From the NCBI GenBank assembly GCA_027294455.1, contig JAPULZ010000079.1, forward strand, positions 10 through 64,009: a stretch of 64,000 bases of DNA. Direction: 5' to 3'. This document shows positions 1 through 10,842 of the stretch, one piece after another (positions within the stretch are counted from its first letter, which is position 1; the number at the start of each line of letters is the position of its first letter). This DNA is from Gemmatimonadota bacterium. GTDB taxonomy: Bacteria; Gemmatimonadota; Gemmatimonadetes; Gemmatimonadales; GWC2-71-9. The notes beneath the pieces were generated by a model. It was not told the origin of the DNA, ran no database searches, and worked only from the letters and a program-made list of their open reading frames with translations. The translations under genes and the position numbers were made by a program.

Positions 1-132
1 ATGCCGGGGGACAACACGAAGATGGAGATCGAGCTGATCACGCCGATTGCCATGGACGAGGGCTTGCGGTTTGCGGTGCGGGAAGGTGGTCGGACGGTGG
101 GGGCCGGGGTGGTCACCAAGATTAACGAATAG
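1..132 (+). CDS. tuf: Elongation factor Tu, C-terminal end (partial, begins before window)
   Basis: Frame 1 reads MPGDN...[33 protein letters not shown], the EF-Tu domain 3 terminus; directly upstream of rpsJ. Confidence 0.97.
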   Translation: MPGDNTKMEIELITPIAMDEGLRFAVREGGRTVGAGVVTKINE

Positions 133-155
133 GGTCGGAAGGCGAATCGATACAC

Positions 156-464
156 ATGTCGGGACAGATACGAATCAGACTCAAGGCGTTCGATCACATC
201 GTGCTCGATCAAGCTGCAGCCGACATCGTACGCGCCGTGGAAAAGAGCGGGGCAAAAATTTCGGGACCGATCCCGTTGCCGACGAGGACGCAACGATGGA
301 CGGTGCTGCGCAGTCCGCACGTGGACAAGAAGAGTCGCGAGCAGTTCGAGTTGAAGATTCACAAACGGCTCATCGACATCGACGATTCGCGCCCACAGAC
401 AGTCGATGCGCTGACGAGGCTCGATCTGCCCGCCGGCGTCGATGTGGAGATCAAGGTCGACTAG
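156..464 (+). CDS. rpsJ: 30S ribosomal protein uS10
   Basis: [31 protein letters not shown]. Confidence 0.98.
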   Translation: MSGQIRIRLKAFDHIVLDQAAADIVRAVEKSGAKISGPIPLPTRTQRWTVLRSPHVDKKSREQFELKIHKRLIDIDDSRPQTVDALTRLDLPAGVDVEIKVD

Positions 465-465
465 C

Positions 466-1104
466 ATGAAGGCGATTATCGGACGCAAGCTGGGCATGAC
501 CCGCGTATTCGACGAGGACGGCCGCGCGATCCCAGTGACGGTGATCGAAGCCGGACCGTGCCCGGTCGTCCAAGTGCGCGACGGGGAGCATGGCCAGGCG
601 GTCCAGCTCGGATTTGGCACGAGGAAGCCGAAGCGCACCACGAAGGCGCTGAGCGGCCACGTCGGCAAGGCCGGGTTGGAAACGGCCCCGGCACGACTCG
701 AGGAGTTTGCCCTCGAAGCAGGCGACGAGGCGCCCAATCCCGGCGATACGATCACCGTGGAGATCTTCCAGAGGGGCGAGCGAGTGAAGATCACGGGGAC
801 CACCAAGGGACGGGGGTTCCAGGGTGTGGTCAAGCGCTACGGATTCCGTGGTGGTCCCGCGACGCACGGCAGCACGCGATTTCGGCGCCCCGGCAGCATG
901 GGCCCCGGCACCGATCCGTCTCGTGTCATCAAAGGCAAGAAACTGCCGGGACACATGGGCGCGGCGCGGCAGACCACCACCGGGCTCCAGGTCGTCAAGG
1001 TCGATGTCGAGCGCAACTTGCTCTACGTGCGGGGTGCGGTACCGGGGCCGAGGAGCGGGATGGTCACGGTGCGCAAACAGGGAGGAGCGAGCCGCTATGC
1101 TTAA
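466..1104 (+). CDS. rplC: 50S ribosomal protein uL3
   Basis: GRKLGMT, KGRGFQGVVKR, KGKKLPGHMG; ATG at 466. Confidence 0.98.
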   Translation: MKAIIGRKLGMTRVFDEDGRAIPVTVIEAGPCPVVQVRDGEHGQAVQLGFGTRKPKRTTKALSGHVGKAGLETAPARLEEFALEAGDEAPNPGDTITVEIFQRGERVKITGTTKGRGFQGVVKRYGFRGGPATHGSTRFRRPGSMGPGTDPSRVIKGKKLPGHMGAARQTTTGLQVVKVDVERNLLYVRGAVPGPRSGMVTVRKQGGASRYA

Positions 1105-1834
1105 GGCTCATCACGTCTCGGCCACCGGCGCGAAGAAGAAGACGAAATTTTCGTTGCCGTCGGCGTTCGACGGCGCAGTCCACGAAGGCGCGCTCTATCA
1201 TGCCGTCCGCGCGTACCTGAGCAACCAACGTCAGGGCACCCATTCTACCAAAACGCGTGCCCAAGTCACCGGCGGGGGAAAGAAGCCTTGGAAGCAGAAG
1301 GGCACGGGCCGGGCCCGAGCCGGCACCACGCGCGCGCCGCATTGGCGGGGAGGCGGTATCGTCTTTGGGCCGAAGCCGCGCAGCCACCACCTGGACCTGC
1401 CCCGCAAGGTCAAACGGCTGGCCAAGCAGTCGGCGTTGAACGCCCGAGCCGGAGACGATGCGCTGTACGTGATCGAGTCGGTGGAGTTCGAAGCGCCCAA
1501 GACGCGCCAGCTGGTCGACCTGTTGGCGAAGCTGGGACTGGAAGATAAGAAGGTCCTGGTGCTGACACACGAAAACCGTCCGGCGGCGTTCTTGTCGAGC
1601 CGCAACCTGCCCCGGGTCCACGTCATGCAATACGTCAACGCATCGGCCTATGAGATCTTGTGGGCCGACGCGTTGGTGGTGGAAGAAATCGCGCTGAGCG
1701 CCGAAGACCGTGAGCCGGCGGGTGTCTCCAACGCCCGCGCGAAGCGCATGGAGAAAGCCGCGGCGGCGGCGGCACCCAGACCCGCGTCCACGAACAAGCC
1801 GCAGGCCCCGAAGAAGGAAACGCCCGATGGCTGA
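1097..1834 (+). CDS. rplD: 50S ribosomal protein uL4 with Ala/Lys/Pro-rich C-terminal extension
   Basis: [37 protein letters not shown]; ATG at 1097. Confidence 0.97.
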   Translation: MLKAHHVSATGAKKKTKFSLPSAFDGAVHEGALYHAVRAYLSNQRQGTHSTKTRAQVTGGGKKPWKQKGTGRARAGTTRAPHWRGGGIVFGPKPRSHHLDLPRKVKRLAKQSALNARAGDDALYVIESVEFEAPKTRQLVDLLAKLGLEDKKVLVLTHENRPAAFLSSRNLPRVHVMQYVNASAYEILWADALVVEEIALSAEDREPAGVSNARAKRMEKAAAAAAPRPASTNKPQAPKKETPDG

Positions 1835-2114
1835 TCGATTCCAAGCAGTGATCCGTCCCTGGGTGACCGAGAAGTCGTCGGCTGCATACGGCGCACGCAA
1901 GGAGTACACCTTCGTGTGCGACATGCAGGCCGGCAAGCGGGCCATCAAGCAGGCCATCGAAGCGATGTTCGACGTGCGCGTTACGAGCGTGCGCACGGCG
2001 ATACAGCGGTCGAAACTCAAGACCATGGGCAAGACGAAGGGGCGGCGCCCCCGATGGAAGAAGGCGTTTGTGTCACTCCACGCCGACGACTCCATTGAGA
2101 TCTTCGAAGGATAG
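1827..2114 (+). CDS. rplW: 50S ribosomal protein uL23
   Basis: PWVTEKS, IKQAIEAMFDVRV, WKKAFVSL. Confidence 0.96.
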   Translation: MADRFQAVIRPWVTEKSSAAYGARKEYTFVCDMQAGKRAIKQAIEAMFDVRVTSVRTAIQRSKLKTMGKTKGRRPRWKKAFVSLHADDSIEIFEG

Positions 2115-2120
2115 CTGAGC

Positions 2121-2960
2121 ATGGGAATTCGGAAATTTCGCCCGATTACGCCCGGCACGCGCCGCCGCTCCGTTTCCGATTTTGCGGAGGTGACGCGAAG
2201 CACGCCGGAGAAGTCGCTCCTGGAGCCCCTCAGCAAGTCGGGGGGACGGAACAATCACGGGCACCTCACGATGCGCCACCGGGGTGGCGGCCACAAGCGT
2301 CGCTATCGCCGGATCGATTTCAAGCGCAAGAAGTTCGGCATTCCGGCACGTGTTGCGCAGATCGAATACGATCCGAATCGTACGGCCCGCATTGCGTTGT
2401 TGGTGTACGCCGATGGCGAGAAGCGTTACATCGTCCATCCCAACGGATTGCGGGTTGGTGAAACGGTGGTGTCGGGGCCCGGCAGCGATATCCGCACCGG
2501 CAATGCATTGCCGCTGGCGGAGATACCGCTCGGCACCGCGGTGCACTGCATCGAGTTCAAGGCCGGGAAGGGCGCGCAAATTTGTCGGTCCGCGGGTACG
2601 TCGGCCCAGGTCATGGCGAAGGAAGGACCGTATGTGACGCTCAGGTTGCGCAGCGGCGAAGTCCGCATGGTGCGGGGGGAATGTTCGGCCACGATCGGTG
2701 AGGTGGGGAACACCGATCACGAATTGTTGCGGGTCGGCAAGGCCGGTAAGACGCGCTGGCTCGGGCGGCGCCCCATCGTGCGCGGCGTGGCGATGAATCC
2801 CGTCGATCACCCGCTCGGTGGCGGCGAGGGCCGGACCTCCGGCGGTCGCCATCCGGTGTCCCCATGGGGCAAGCCCGAGGGCCGCAAGACGCGGCACAAG
2901 AAGAAGGCGAGTACCAAGCTCATCGTGCGCGGCCGCAAGCGCGGCAAGGCCACCAAATAG
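2121..2960 (+). CDS. rplB: 50S ribosomal protein uL2
   Basis: [37 protein letters not shown]. Confidence 0.98.
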   Translation: MGIRKFRPITPGTRRRSVSDFAEVTRSTPEKSLLEPLSKSGGRNNHGHLTMRHRGGGHKRRYRRIDFKRKKFGIPARVAQIEYDPNRTARIALLVYADGEKRYIVHPNGLRVGETVVSGPGSDIRTGNALPLAEIPLGTAVHCIEFKAGKGAQICRSAGTSAQVMAKEGPYVTLRLRSGEVRMVRGECSATIGEVGNTDHELLRVGKAGKTRWLGRRPIVRGVAMNPVDHPLGGGEGRTSGGRHPVSPWGKPEGRKTRHKKKASTKLIVRGRKRGKATK

Positions 2961-2979
2961 CGTAGCGAGGAAGGATAGG

Positions 2980-3267
2980 ATGCCGAGAAGTGTCAAGAAG
3001 GGGCCTTACATCGATCCCCCGCTGTTCAAGAAAATTCAGGAACTCAACGATCAGAACGAGAAGCGGGTGTTCAAGACGTGGTCGCGCGGTTCAACCATCA
3101 CGCCGGAGTTCGTCGGCCATACGATCGCTGTGCACAACGGGAACAAGTTCATTCCCGTGTACGTGAGCGAAAACATGGTGGGCCACAAGCTCGGCGAGTT
3201 CGCCCCGACTCGTTTGTTCCGCGGCCATTCGGGCACCAGGGCCGACAAGAAGACGGGAGGCAGGTAA
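2980..3267 (+). CDS. rpsS: 30S ribosomal protein uS19
   Basis: [28 protein letters not shown]. Confidence 0.98.
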   Translation: MPRSVKKGPYIDPPLFKKIQELNDQNEKRVFKTWSRGSTITPEFVGHTIAVHNGNKFIPVYVSENMVGHKLGEFAPTRLFRGHSGTRADKKTGGR

Positions 3268-3270
3268 GCC

Positions 3271-3627
3271 ATGGCGCCACGAGCGATTCAGCGAGGCATT
3301 CGTCAATCGGCGCGCAAGGTTCGGCTCGTGGTCGACACCATTCGCGGTAAAGGCGTCAACGAGGCCTACGCCGTCTTGCGTTTTTCGAAGAAGCGCGCCG
3401 CTCGGCAGATCGAGAAAGTGCTGCGATCCGCTGTGGCCAATGCGGAACAGGACGCGCAGCGGGAAAACCAATCTATCGATGTCGACCAGCTGTACGTTTC
3501 ATACGCGATCGCCAACGAGGGCGAGACCCTATGGCGGTGGCGTCCCGCCGCGTACGGACGGGCGGTGCCGATCCGCAAGCGGATGAGCGCCGTCGAGATC
3601 CACGTTGCGCCAAAGGAGGGCATGTAG
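3271..3627 (+). CDS. rplV: 50S ribosomal protein uL22
   Basis: [29 protein letters not shown]. Confidence 0.97.
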   Translation: MAPRAIQRGIRQSARKVRLVVDTIRGKGVNEAYAVLRFSKKRAARQIEKVLRSAVANAEQDAQRENQSIDVDQLYVSYAIANEGETLWRWRPAAYGRAVPIRKRMSAVEIHVAPKEGM

Positions 3628-4286
3628 TGGGTCAGAAAACCCATCCTTACGGTTTCCGGCTCGGGTTCATCAAGCCGTGGCGGTCGCGCTGGTACGCGCG
3701 CCATGACTTTGCGGATCTCTTGCAGGAAGATGATTTGATTCGGAAGTATCTCGGAACGCGCCTCGCGCACGCGGCCGTGGCCGACGTGCATATCGAACGC
3801 CGTCCCGGCAAGGCGACGGTCACGATTTTCACCGGCCGGCCCGGCGTCGTGATTGGCAAGCGGGGCGCCGAGGTGGACAAGCTCCGCGATGAGCTGGCGC
3901 AGCTGACCGACAAGGAAGTCGGCATCAACGTGGAAGAGATCAAGCGTCCGGAGCTGAGCGCCCAGCTCGTGGCGAACAACGTCGCCTATCAGCTGACTCA
4001 GCGCGTCTCGTTCCGGCGAGCGCTCAAGCGTGCGGTTCAGAATACCATGCGCATGGGCGCGCAGGGTATCAAGATCAAGGCCGGTGGGCGGCTCGGTGGT
4101 GCGGAGATCGCCCGGGTGGAGGGATATCACGAAGGCCGTGTCCCCCTGCACACCCTGCGCGCGGACATAGATTATGGCACGGCGACGGCCAAGACGACCT
4201 ACGGTACCATCGGTGTCAAGGTGTGGATTTTCAGCGGTGAGATCGTAGAAGATCGTCGTGGTCGAACCTACAGCACGGGAGCATAG
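3627..4286 (+). CDS. rpsC: 30S ribosomal protein uS3
   Basis: GTG start overlapping rplV stop; [36 protein letters not shown]. Confidence 0.98.
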   Translation: MGQKTHPYGFRLGFIKPWRSRWYARHDFADLLQEDDLIRKYLGTRLAHAAVADVHIERRPGKATVTIFTGRPGVVIGKRGAEVDKLRDELAQLTDKEVGINVEEIKRPELSAQLVANNVAYQLTQRVSFRRALKRAVQNTMRMGAQGIKIKAGGRLGGAEIARVEGYHEGRVPLHTLRADIDYGTATAKTTYGTIGVKVWIFSGEIVEDRRGRTYSTGA

Positions 4287-4288
4287 CG

Positions 4289-4702
4289 GTGCTTGCGCCG
4301 AAGCGAGTCAAGTATCGTAAACGGATGAAGGGTCGCAGTCGCGGACTGGCCACCCGGGGAAATTCCGTGGCCTTTGGGCAGTACGGATTGATGACGCTGG
4401 ATCCGGGGTGGATCACGAGCCGGCAGATCGAGGCGGCCCGGGTCGCCTTGACGCGGCACATGAAGCGCGGTGGCAAGGTATGGATCCGGCTGTTTCCCGA
4501 CAAGCCGATCACGAAGAAGCCGGCCGAGACGCGCATGGGCAAGGGAAAAGGCAATCCGGAGCATTGGGTGGCCGTCGTGCGGCCCGGCCGCATCATGTTC
4601 GAATCGGAAGGTGTTCCCGAGGCGGTGGCGCGGCGCGCGTTCGATCTGGCGTCGGCGAAGTTGCCGGTCCGCACCCGATTCATCATTCGCGAGGATATGT
4701 AG
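4289..4702 (+). CDS. rplP: 50S ribosomal protein uL16
   Basis: [23 protein letters not shown]. Confidence 0.98.
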   Translation: MLAPKRVKYRKRMKGRSRGLATRGNSVAFGQYGLMTLDPGWITSRQIEAARVALTRHMKRGGKVWIRLFPDKPITKKPAETRMGKGKGNPEHWVAVVRPGRIMFESEGVPEAVARRAFDLASAKLPVRTRFIIREDM

Positions 4703-4704
4703 CC

Positions 4705-4932
4705 ATGTCGCTCAAGGATCTGGAGAAGAAGGCCGTCGGCATGGAGCATCTGCGCGAGCTGAAGGACGAGGAGCTGGCCGCCGAGCTGGAGCGATTGCGG
4801 GAGGCCCGGTTCCGATTGACGTTTCGATCGGCGACGGAGGACGCGACAGGTGGAAACCCGATGATCTTCCGGACCATCCGCCGCAATATCGCGCGGATGA
4901 AGACGGTGTTGCGTGAGAGGAAGTCGGCATGA
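4705..4932 (+). CDS. rpmC: 50S ribosomal protein uL29
   Basis: LRELKDEEL...ARFRLTF...[15 protein letters not shown]; between rplP and rpsQ. Confidence 0.93.
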   Translation: MSLKDLEKKAVGMEHLRELKDEELAAELERLREARFRLTFRSATEDATGGNPMIFRTIRRNIARMKTVLRERKSA

Positions 4933-5195
4933 GCGATCAAGGGAAGGCCCGACCGCGGCGCAAGGTTCGGGTGGGGGTCGTGGTGAGCGACAAGATGACG
5001 AACACGGTGACCGTGCAGTTGGAGCGGCAGCTTGCGCATCCGTTGTACGGGAAGCAGGTGCGGCTGACCAAGCGCGTCAAAGCGCACGATGTGCAAGGTG
5101 CCAAAGTGGGTGACACCGTCCAGATCGTTGAGACGAGGCCGCTTTCAAAGACCAAGCGTTGGCGTGTTGCCGAGATCACTCGGCGCGCCGAGTAG
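4929..5195 (+). CDS. rpsQ: 30S ribosomal protein uS17
   Basis: [29 protein letters not shown]. Confidence 0.98.
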   Translation: MSDQGKARPRRKVRVGVVVSDKMTNTVTVQLERQLAHPLYGKQVRLTKRVKAHDVQGAKVGDTVQIVETRPLSKTKRWRVAEITRRAE

Positions 5196-5206
5196 GCGGG
5201 GGAGAC

Positions 5207-5575
5207 GTGGTTCAACAGGAATCAATACTCAAGATTGCCGACAACACAGGTGCGCGAAAAGCGCTGGTGATTCGGGTGCTCGGTGGCAGTGGGCGGCGGT
5301 ACGCGGGGTTGGGTGATATCGTCGTGGTCGCCATCAAGGATGCCCTGCCGACGGGCCAGGTGAAGAAGGGCGAGGTGGCCAAGGCCGTCATCGTGCGCAC
5401 CGTAAAAGAAACCCGGCGGCGGGACGGTAGCTATATCCGTTTCGATGATAATGCCGCGGTGTTGATCAACGATGCTCGCGAACCCCGCGGGACCCGCATT
5501 TTCGGCCCGGTGGGCCGCGAGCTGCGCGAAAAGCGATTCATGAAGATCGTTTCGCTTGCTCCGGAGGTGTTGTAG
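5207..5575 (+). CDS. rplN: 50S ribosomal protein uL14
   Basis: [38 protein letters not shown]; GTG at 5207. Confidence 0.98.
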   Translation: MVQQESILKIADNTGARKALVIRVLGGSGRRYAGLGDIVVVAIKDALPTGQVKKGEVAKAVIVRTVKETRRRDGSYIRFDDNAAVLINDAREPRGTRIFGPVGRELREKRFMKIVSLAPEVL

Positions 5576-5578
5576 GTC

Positions 5579-5959
5579 ATGAGGCGACTGGTACACCGAA
5601 AATCCAAACGCACGCGCAACGGCCCAGTGCTGCACTACATGATGGATATCACTCGGGGCGACGTTGTGCGTGTCGTGTCGGGCGATGACAAGGGCAAGGA
5701 AGGCCGCGTGGTCCGCGTCGATCGCAAGCGGCGGCGCGTGGCGGTTGAAGGCGTGAAGATCGTGAAGCGCCACAAGAAGGCGCGATCGGAAGGCGAAGAG
5801 AGCGCCATCATCGAGTTTCCGGCGTTGATCGATGCATCCAACGTGATGCTGATCGATCCGAAATCAGGAGAGCCGACGCGCATTCGCCACAAACGAGACA
5901 AAGATGGCGTCGCCGAGCGCATTAGCGTAAAGTCAGGTCAGGCGATTTCGAGAGCGTGA
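5579..5959 (+). CDS. rplX: 50S ribosomal protein uL24 (possible basic N-terminal extension)
   Basis: [19 protein letters not shown] motif, IDASNVML; alternative ATG near 5639. Confidence 0.96.
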   Translation: MRRLVHRKSKRTRNGPVLHYMMDITRGDVVRVVSGDDKGKEGRVVRVDRKRRRVAVEGVKIVKRHKKARSEGEESAIIEFPALIDASNVMLIDPKSGEPTRIRHKRDKDGVAERISVKSGQAISRA

Positions 5960-5961
5960 AC

Positions 5962-6597
5962 ATGGCAAAACAAGACGAGAAACAGGGCAAATCCAAGAAG
6001 GCCGAGGGCAACGGCAAGGCGCCGAGCGCGCCGGCGCCCACCCCGCGGCTGCTCGAGCGGTACATGACGGTGGCGCGTCAGAAGCTGATGCAAGAGTTCC
6101 AGCTCACGAACGTGCATCAGGCGCCGACGCTCGAGAAAATCGTATTGAACGTCGGCATGGGGGAAGCCCCGAAGAACGCCAAGTTGCTGGACGCAGCGGT
6201 TGCTGAGCTGGCGGCCATCACCGGGCAACGGCCGGTCATCACCCGTGCGAAAAAGGCGATCTCGAATTTCTCCCTCCGGGCGGGAATGGCGATTGGCACG
6301 TCGGTCACGCTCCGGCGCGCACGGATGTGGGAATTTCTCGATCGATTCGTGAGCCTCTCGATACCAAGAATTCGAGATTTCCGCGGCCTGCCCAGCAAGT
6401 CGTTTGACGGGCGTGGGAACTACACCGTCGGCATCAAGGAACAGATGGTGTTCCCAGAGGTCGACTACGACCGCATCGAGAAAATTCACGGAATGGATAT
6501 CACGTTCGTGACGTCGGCCGATCGGGACGACATTGCGAAGGCGTTGCTGCGTGAACTGGGTATGCCGTTCCAGGGCGACGTGCCCGTGATCATCTGA
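5962..6597 (+). CDS. rplE: 50S ribosomal protein uL5
   Basis: [32 protein letters not shown]. Confidence 0.98.
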   Translation: MAKQDEKQGKSKKAEGNGKAPSAPAPTPRLLERYMTVARQKLMQEFQLTNVHQAPTLEKIVLNVGMGEAPKNAKLLDAAVAELAAITGQRPVITRAKKAISNFSLRAGMAIGTSVTLRRARMWEFLDRFVSLSIPRIRDFRGLPSKSFDGRGNYTVGIKEQMVFPEVDYDRIEKIHGMDITFVTSADRDDIAKALLRELGMPFQGDVPVII

Positions 6598-6608
6598 CGG
6601 AGAGACAC

Positions 6609-6794
6609 ATGGCTAGAAAGTGTTTGGTCGTAAAGGCAGGTCGAAAACCCAAGTTTGGTGTGAGGCGATATAGCCGCTGCAACCGGTGCGGCCGGGCGCG
6701 GGGCTTTCTTCGGAAATTCGGCTTGTGTCGGATTTGCTTCAGACAATCAGCGCTCTTGGGAGAGGTCCCAGGCGTTCGCAAGGCCAGCTGGTAA
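6609..6794 (+). CDS. rpsZ: 30S ribosomal protein uS14, zinc-binding type Z
   Basis: 61 aa; RCNRCGR...CRICFR...PGVRKASW. Confidence 0.97.
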   Translation: MARKCLVVKAGRKPKFGVRRYSRCNRCGRARGFLRKFGLCRICFRQSALLGEVPGVRKASW

Positions 6795-6799
6795 CGCAC

Positions 6800-7189
6800 A
6801 TGAATGATCCGGTAGCGGATATGTTGACACGGATCCGGAATGCCGGCCGAGCAGGACATCGGCGGATCGACATTCCGGTCTCGAAGTTCAAGACGGAAAT
6901 CGCACGGTTGCTGCGCGACCATCACTTCATCCAGGACTTCAAGGTGCTGGACGACGGTGCGCACGGCAAACTCCGGGTGTATCTGAAGTTTCATGGCGAT
7001 GCGCCGGTCATCAAGGAGATCCAACGGGTCTCCACGCCCGGGCTGCGTCGGTATGTGAAGGCGCGTGCCATCCCACGGGTGAAGAACGGGCTGGGGATGG
7101 CGATCCTGTCTACCCCTCGCGGTATCATGAGTGATGGCGAGGCGCGGCGTCAACGCGTGGGCGGCGAGTACGTCGCGATGGTCTGGTAG
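6800..7189 (+). CDS. rpsH: 30S ribosomal protein uS8
   Basis: DPVADMLTRIRNA, STPGLRRY, GGEYVAMVW. Confidence 0.98.
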   Translation: MNDPVADMLTRIRNAGRAGHRRIDIPVSKFKTEIARLLRDHHFIQDFKVLDDGAHGKLRVYLKFHGDAPVIKEIQRVSTPGLRRYVKARAIPRVKNGLGMAILSTPRGIMSDGEARRQRVGGEYVAMVW

Positions 7190-7197
7190 GAGGACCG

Positions 7198-7740
7198 ATG
7201 TCTCGAATCGGCAAGAAACCCATTGTGGTTCCCGAGGGCGTGACGGTCGTGTTGCGGGAGAGTTTCGTCACGGTCAAGGGCCCCAAGGGTGAACTGTCCC
7301 GGTCGCTGCCATCGGAGATGGCGGTTTCGATGGAAGACGGGACCGTGACCGTGACGCGGCCCTCGGACGTAGGCCGGCACCGCGCGCTACACGGGCTCAC
7401 CCGCACCCTGGTCAACAACATGGTGGAAGGTGTCACGAAAGGCTTCATCAAGAAATTGGAAATCCGGGGCGTGGGGTACAAGGCGGAGGAAACGGCGCAA
7501 GGCGCCCGGCTGGTGGTGGGCTACTCCCATACGGTGGATTTCATCGCGCCCCAAGGGGTCAAGATCTCGGTGGAGGGCGGTACGACGGTGACCGTGGAGG
7601 GGATCGACAAGGAGAAGGTTGGCCAGGCGGCCGCCGACATTCGGAAGATCCGCCCCCCCGAGCCCTACAAGGGCAAGGGGATCCGCTACGTGGGTGAACA
7701 CGTGCGGAGGAAGGCGGGCAAAACGGGAGCCAAGGCATGA
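7198..7740 (+). CDS. rplF: 50S ribosomal protein uL6
   Basis: [22 protein letters not shown]. Confidence 0.98.
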   Translation: MSRIGKKPIVVPEGVTVVLRESFVTVKGPKGELSRSLPSEMAVSMEDGTVTVTRPSDVGRHRALHGLTRTLVNNMVEGVTKGFIKKLEIRGVGYKAEETAQGARLVVGYSHTVDFIAPQGVKISVEGGTTVTVEGIDKEKVGQAAADIRKIRPPEPYKGKGIRYVGEHVRRKAGKTGAKA

Positions 7741-8108
7741 GGGCGATACATCAGCCAAAGACGAAGGCCGAGCGGCGGCATCGCCGTCACGTCCGGATCC
7801 GCCGGAAAATTCGGGGGACGGCAGAGCGGCCACGCCTCGCGGTCTTTCGATCCTCGAAGCACGTTTTTGCGCAGATCATCGACGACGACAAGGGCCATAC
7901 CATCGTCGGCGTCTCGGATCAAGCGAAGGGCGTGAAGAGCGAGAAGAGCGGGAAAGTTGCCGCGAGCTTTGCAGTCGGAAAGCTGCTCGGGGAACTGGCG
8001 GTGGCGGCAGGAGTGAAGAAAGTGGTGTTCGACCGTGGAGGGTACCCGTACCACGGAAGAGTGAAAGGCCTGGCGGACGGCGCCCGCAAGGGCGGACTGG
8101 AGTTCTAG
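7737..8108 (+). CDS. rplR: 50S ribosomal protein uL18
   Basis: [29 protein letters not shown]. Confidence 0.98.
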   Translation: MRAIHQPKTKAERRHRRHVRIRRKIRGTAERPRLAVFRSSKHVFAQIIDDDKGHTIVGVSDQAKGVKSEKSGKVAASFAVGKLLGELAVAAGVKKVVFDRGGYPYHGRVKGLADGARKGGLEF

Positions 8109-8112
8109 GAGC

Positions 8113-8688
8113 ATGGCGCAAGAGAGACAACGAGGAGGCCAACGCGGCCGCCCGAGGCAGGAGCGCGAGTCGGAGTTCATCGAGAACGTCATTGCCATCA
8201 ACCGTGTGGCGAAGGTGGTCAAGGGTGGCCGGCGATTCTCCTTCACCGCCCTGGCGGCGGTGGGAGATGGAGCGGGCAGCGTGGGCGTCGCCACGGGGAA
8301 GGCGAACGAGGTAGCGGAAGCGGTGCGGAAGGCGGTCGATGCCGCCCGCCGCAACATGAGTGAGGTTCCGCGGGAAGGCACCACCATTCCCCATAAGATC
8401 ATCGGTCGCTTTGGTGCAGGGCGCGTGTTGCTCAAGCCCGCCTCGTCGGGAACCGGGGTGATTGCCGGCGGGCCCGTCCGCTCCGTCCTGGAATGCGCCG
8501 GGATCAGCGACATCCTCACCAAGTGCCTCGGGTCGCACAATCCGGTCAATATGGTCAGTGCGACCATGGACGGCCTCCACTCGCTCATGACGCCGAACGA
8601 GGTGGCGCGTCGCCGTGGTATCCAGGTATCCGAGCTGGATTACCATCCGCGGCAACGGCGGGTGGAGGAAGAGACTCATGCCCGCTAA
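8113..8688 (+). CDS. rpsE: 30S ribosomal protein uS5
   Basis: [24 protein letters not shown]. Confidence 0.98.
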   Translation: MAQERQRGGQRGRPRQERESEFIENVIAINRVAKVVKGGRRFSFTALAAVGDGAGSVGVATGKANEVAEAVRKAVDAARRNMSEVPREGTTIPHKIIGRFGAGRVLLKPASSGTGVIAGGPVRSVLECAGISDILTKCLGSHNPVNMVSATMDGLHSLMTPNEVARRRGIQVSELDYHPRQRRVEEETHAR

Positions 8689-9046
8689 GTCCACTGGGAG
8701 TGCCAAGAAGACCACTGCCAAGAAGGCCGCCAAGAAGAAGACCACGGCCACGGCCACCAAGAAGGCTGCTCCGAAATCCGCCGCGAAGCCGGTCACCAAG
8801 ACGACCAAGCCGGCTGCGCCCAAGGCGAGGCCGGCTAAGCAGCCGGCGGCAGCGAAGTCTTCGGGACAACGGGTGCGGGTGCGCCAGACGCGCTCGGGAA
8901 TCGGCCGCCGGCGGGATTTTCGGCGGACTCTGGAGGCGTTGGGAATCAAACACCACCAGGGTGAAGTGGTGGTGACGCGGAATCCCGCGATCGACGGCAT
9001 GCTGTACAAGGTCCGGCATTTGATCAGCGTGACTCCGGAGGAGTAG
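8678..9046 (+). CDS. rpmD: 50S ribosomal protein uL30 with ~60-aa Lys/Ala/Thr/Pro-rich N-terminal extension
   Basis: C-terminal core [10 protein letters not shown]...TLEALGI...[12 protein letters not shown]; GGAGG upstream of ATG 8678; between rpsE and rplO. Confidence 0.93.
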   Translation: MPAKSTGSAKKTTAKKAAKKKTTATATKKAAPKSAAKPVTKTTKPAAPKARPAKQPAAAKSSGQRVRVRQTRSGIGRRRDFRRTLEALGIKHHQGEVVVTRNPAIDGMLYKVRHLISVTPEE

Positions 9047-9052
9047 GACACC

Positions 9053-9508
9053 ATGGCAAAAGACCAACGGCCCTTGGGGCTTCACAATCTCCCCGCGCCA
9101 CGCGGCGCTACCTCCACCCCGAAGCGCAAGGGGCGTGGACCGGGGAGTGGGCTTGGCAAGACCGCGGGCCGCGGCCAGAAGGGCCAGCGCTCCCGTGCCG
9201 GAGGCAACGTGCGCCCCGGGTTCGAGGGCGGCCAGATGCCACTCATCCGCCGGGTCCCCAAGCGTGGTTTCTGGAACCGGTCGCGCGTGCGATATCAGGT
9301 TGTCAACGTGCGGGACCTCGGCCGGGTGAAAGGCGACGAGGTGACGCCCGCCACGCTCATCGAGTGCGCCCTGATCGCCAAGTCCGGCCAGTCGGTCAAG
9401 ATCCTCGGTTTCGGCGAGGCCGAGCGGGCATTCTCGGTGAGGGGGTGCGCACTCTCCAAGACCGCCCGAGAGAAAATCGAGGGCTCGGGCGGCCGGGTCG
9501 AGGCGTAG
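9053..9508 (+). CDS. rplO: 50S ribosomal protein uL15
   Basis: GRGPGSGLGKTAGRGQKGQ, GFEGGQMPL.RR.PKRGF. Confidence 0.98.
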   Translation: MAKDQRPLGLHNLPAPRGATSTPKRKGRGPGSGLGKTAGRGQKGQRSRAGGNVRPGFEGGQMPLIRRVPKRGFWNRSRVRYQVVNVRDLGRVKGDEVTPATLIECALIAKSGQSVKILGFGEAERAFSVRGCALSKTAREKIEGSGGRVEA

Positions 9509-9511
9509 CAT

Positions 9512-10825
9512 ATGGCCGGTCCTCGCATCCCGAACCTGCTGGCGGTTCCCGAACTCAAAGAGAAGCTCCTCTTCACGTTCATGTGCCTGGTCATCTATCG
9601 CCTGGGCGCGCACATCGCCACGCCTGGCGTAAACGTGCAAGTCCTGTCGGATTTCATGCTAAACCAGGGCGCGCAGACGCTGTTCGGCGTTTATGACATG
9701 TTCGTCGGTGGCGGGTTCTCCCGGGCAACCGTGCTGGCCTTGGGGATCATGCCGTACATCTCGGCGTCGATCATGTTCCAGCTGGCGGGCGCGGTCTTTC
9801 CGCACATCGAGAAATTGCAAAAGGAAGAAGAGGGCCGCACCAAGATCACCCAGTGGACGCGGTACACCACGGTGGTGCTGGCCCTCGGCCAGGCCTACGG
9901 CTTTGGGATTTTCACGGAGTCGCTCGCCGGCGCGGTGACCAACCCGGGGTGGGGCTTCCGGCTCGTGACGATGCTGACGCTCACGACCGGTGCCATTTTC
10001 GTGATGTGGTTGGGCGAGCAGATCACCGAGCGGGGGATCGGCAACGGGATGAGCCTGCTCATCTTCTTTTCGATCATCGAAGGGATGTGGCCCGGTATTT
10101 TCCGGACGCTCGACTTCGTCCGCCAGGGTGTGGTCAGCTTCCCTGGTCTCGTCGTGCTCGGGGCGGTGATGGTCGGGGTGATCAGCGCGGTGGTCGCCTT
10201 GACGGTCTCGGCGCGACGGATTCCCATCCAGATTCCACGCAAGGTCATGGGCCGCGGGCGGATTCGCGAAGGGGCCAAGACCTACATTCCGATTCGCATC
10301 AATTCGGCGGGCGTGATGCCGATCATCTTTGCTCAGTCGATCATTATCGTTCCCGGCACGATCGCGACTTTCAGCACGCTGCCGCTCCTACGGCGAATGG
10401 CCGATGCGTTTCAGCCCGGCACCGGTGCGTACTATGTCACATATGCCCTGCTCATCATGTTCTTCACCTATTTTTATACTTCCATTATCTTCAACCCGGT
10501 CGACCTGGCCGAGAACCTCAAGAAGCAGGGTGGGTTCATCCCCGGGGTCAAACCCGGTGCCGCGACGGCCGACTACATCGACGACGTGTTGAGCCGTGTC
10601 ACGCTCCCGGGAGCGCTCTTCCTGACGGTCGTGGCGCTGCTGCCATTCTTCATCTTCAATTGGTTCAACGTCCCCTTCTATTTTGGCGGCACGGCGTTGC
10701 TCATCATCGTGGGCGTGGCGCTGGATACGATGCAACAGGTGCAACAGCACCTGCGTGTGCGGCACTACGACGAATTTATGAAGCAGGGCCGCATGAAGTT
10801 CAGAGGGCGTAGGCGCTACTCGTAG
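9512..10825 (+). CDS. secY: Preprotein translocase subunit SecY
   Basis: LGIMPYISASI, WLGEQITERGIGNG, GGFIPGVKPG, GGTALLIIVGVALDT. Confidence 0.98.
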   Translation: MAGPRIPNLLAVPELKEKLLFTFMCLVIYRLGAHIATPGVNVQVLSDFMLNQGAQTLFGVYDMFVGGGFSRATVLALGIMPYISASIMFQLAGAVFPHIEKLQKEEEGRTKITQWTRYTTVVLALGQAYGFGIFTESLAGAVTNPGWGFRLVTMLTLTTGAIFVMWLGEQITERGIGNGMSLLIFFSIIEGMWPGIFRTLDFVRQGVVSFPGLVVLGAVMVGVISAVVALTVSARRIPIQIPRKVMGRGRIREGAKTYIPIRINSAGVMPIIFAQSIIIVPGTIATFSTLPLLRRMADAFQPGTGAYYVTYALLIMFFTYFYTSIIFNPVDLAENLKKQGGFIPGVKPGAATADYIDDVLSRVTLPGALFLTVVALLPFFIFNWFNVPFYFGGTALLIIVGVALDTMQQVQQHLRVRHYDEFMKQGRMKFRGRRRYS

Positions 10826-10842
10826 CGATACGAGCGGGATCG

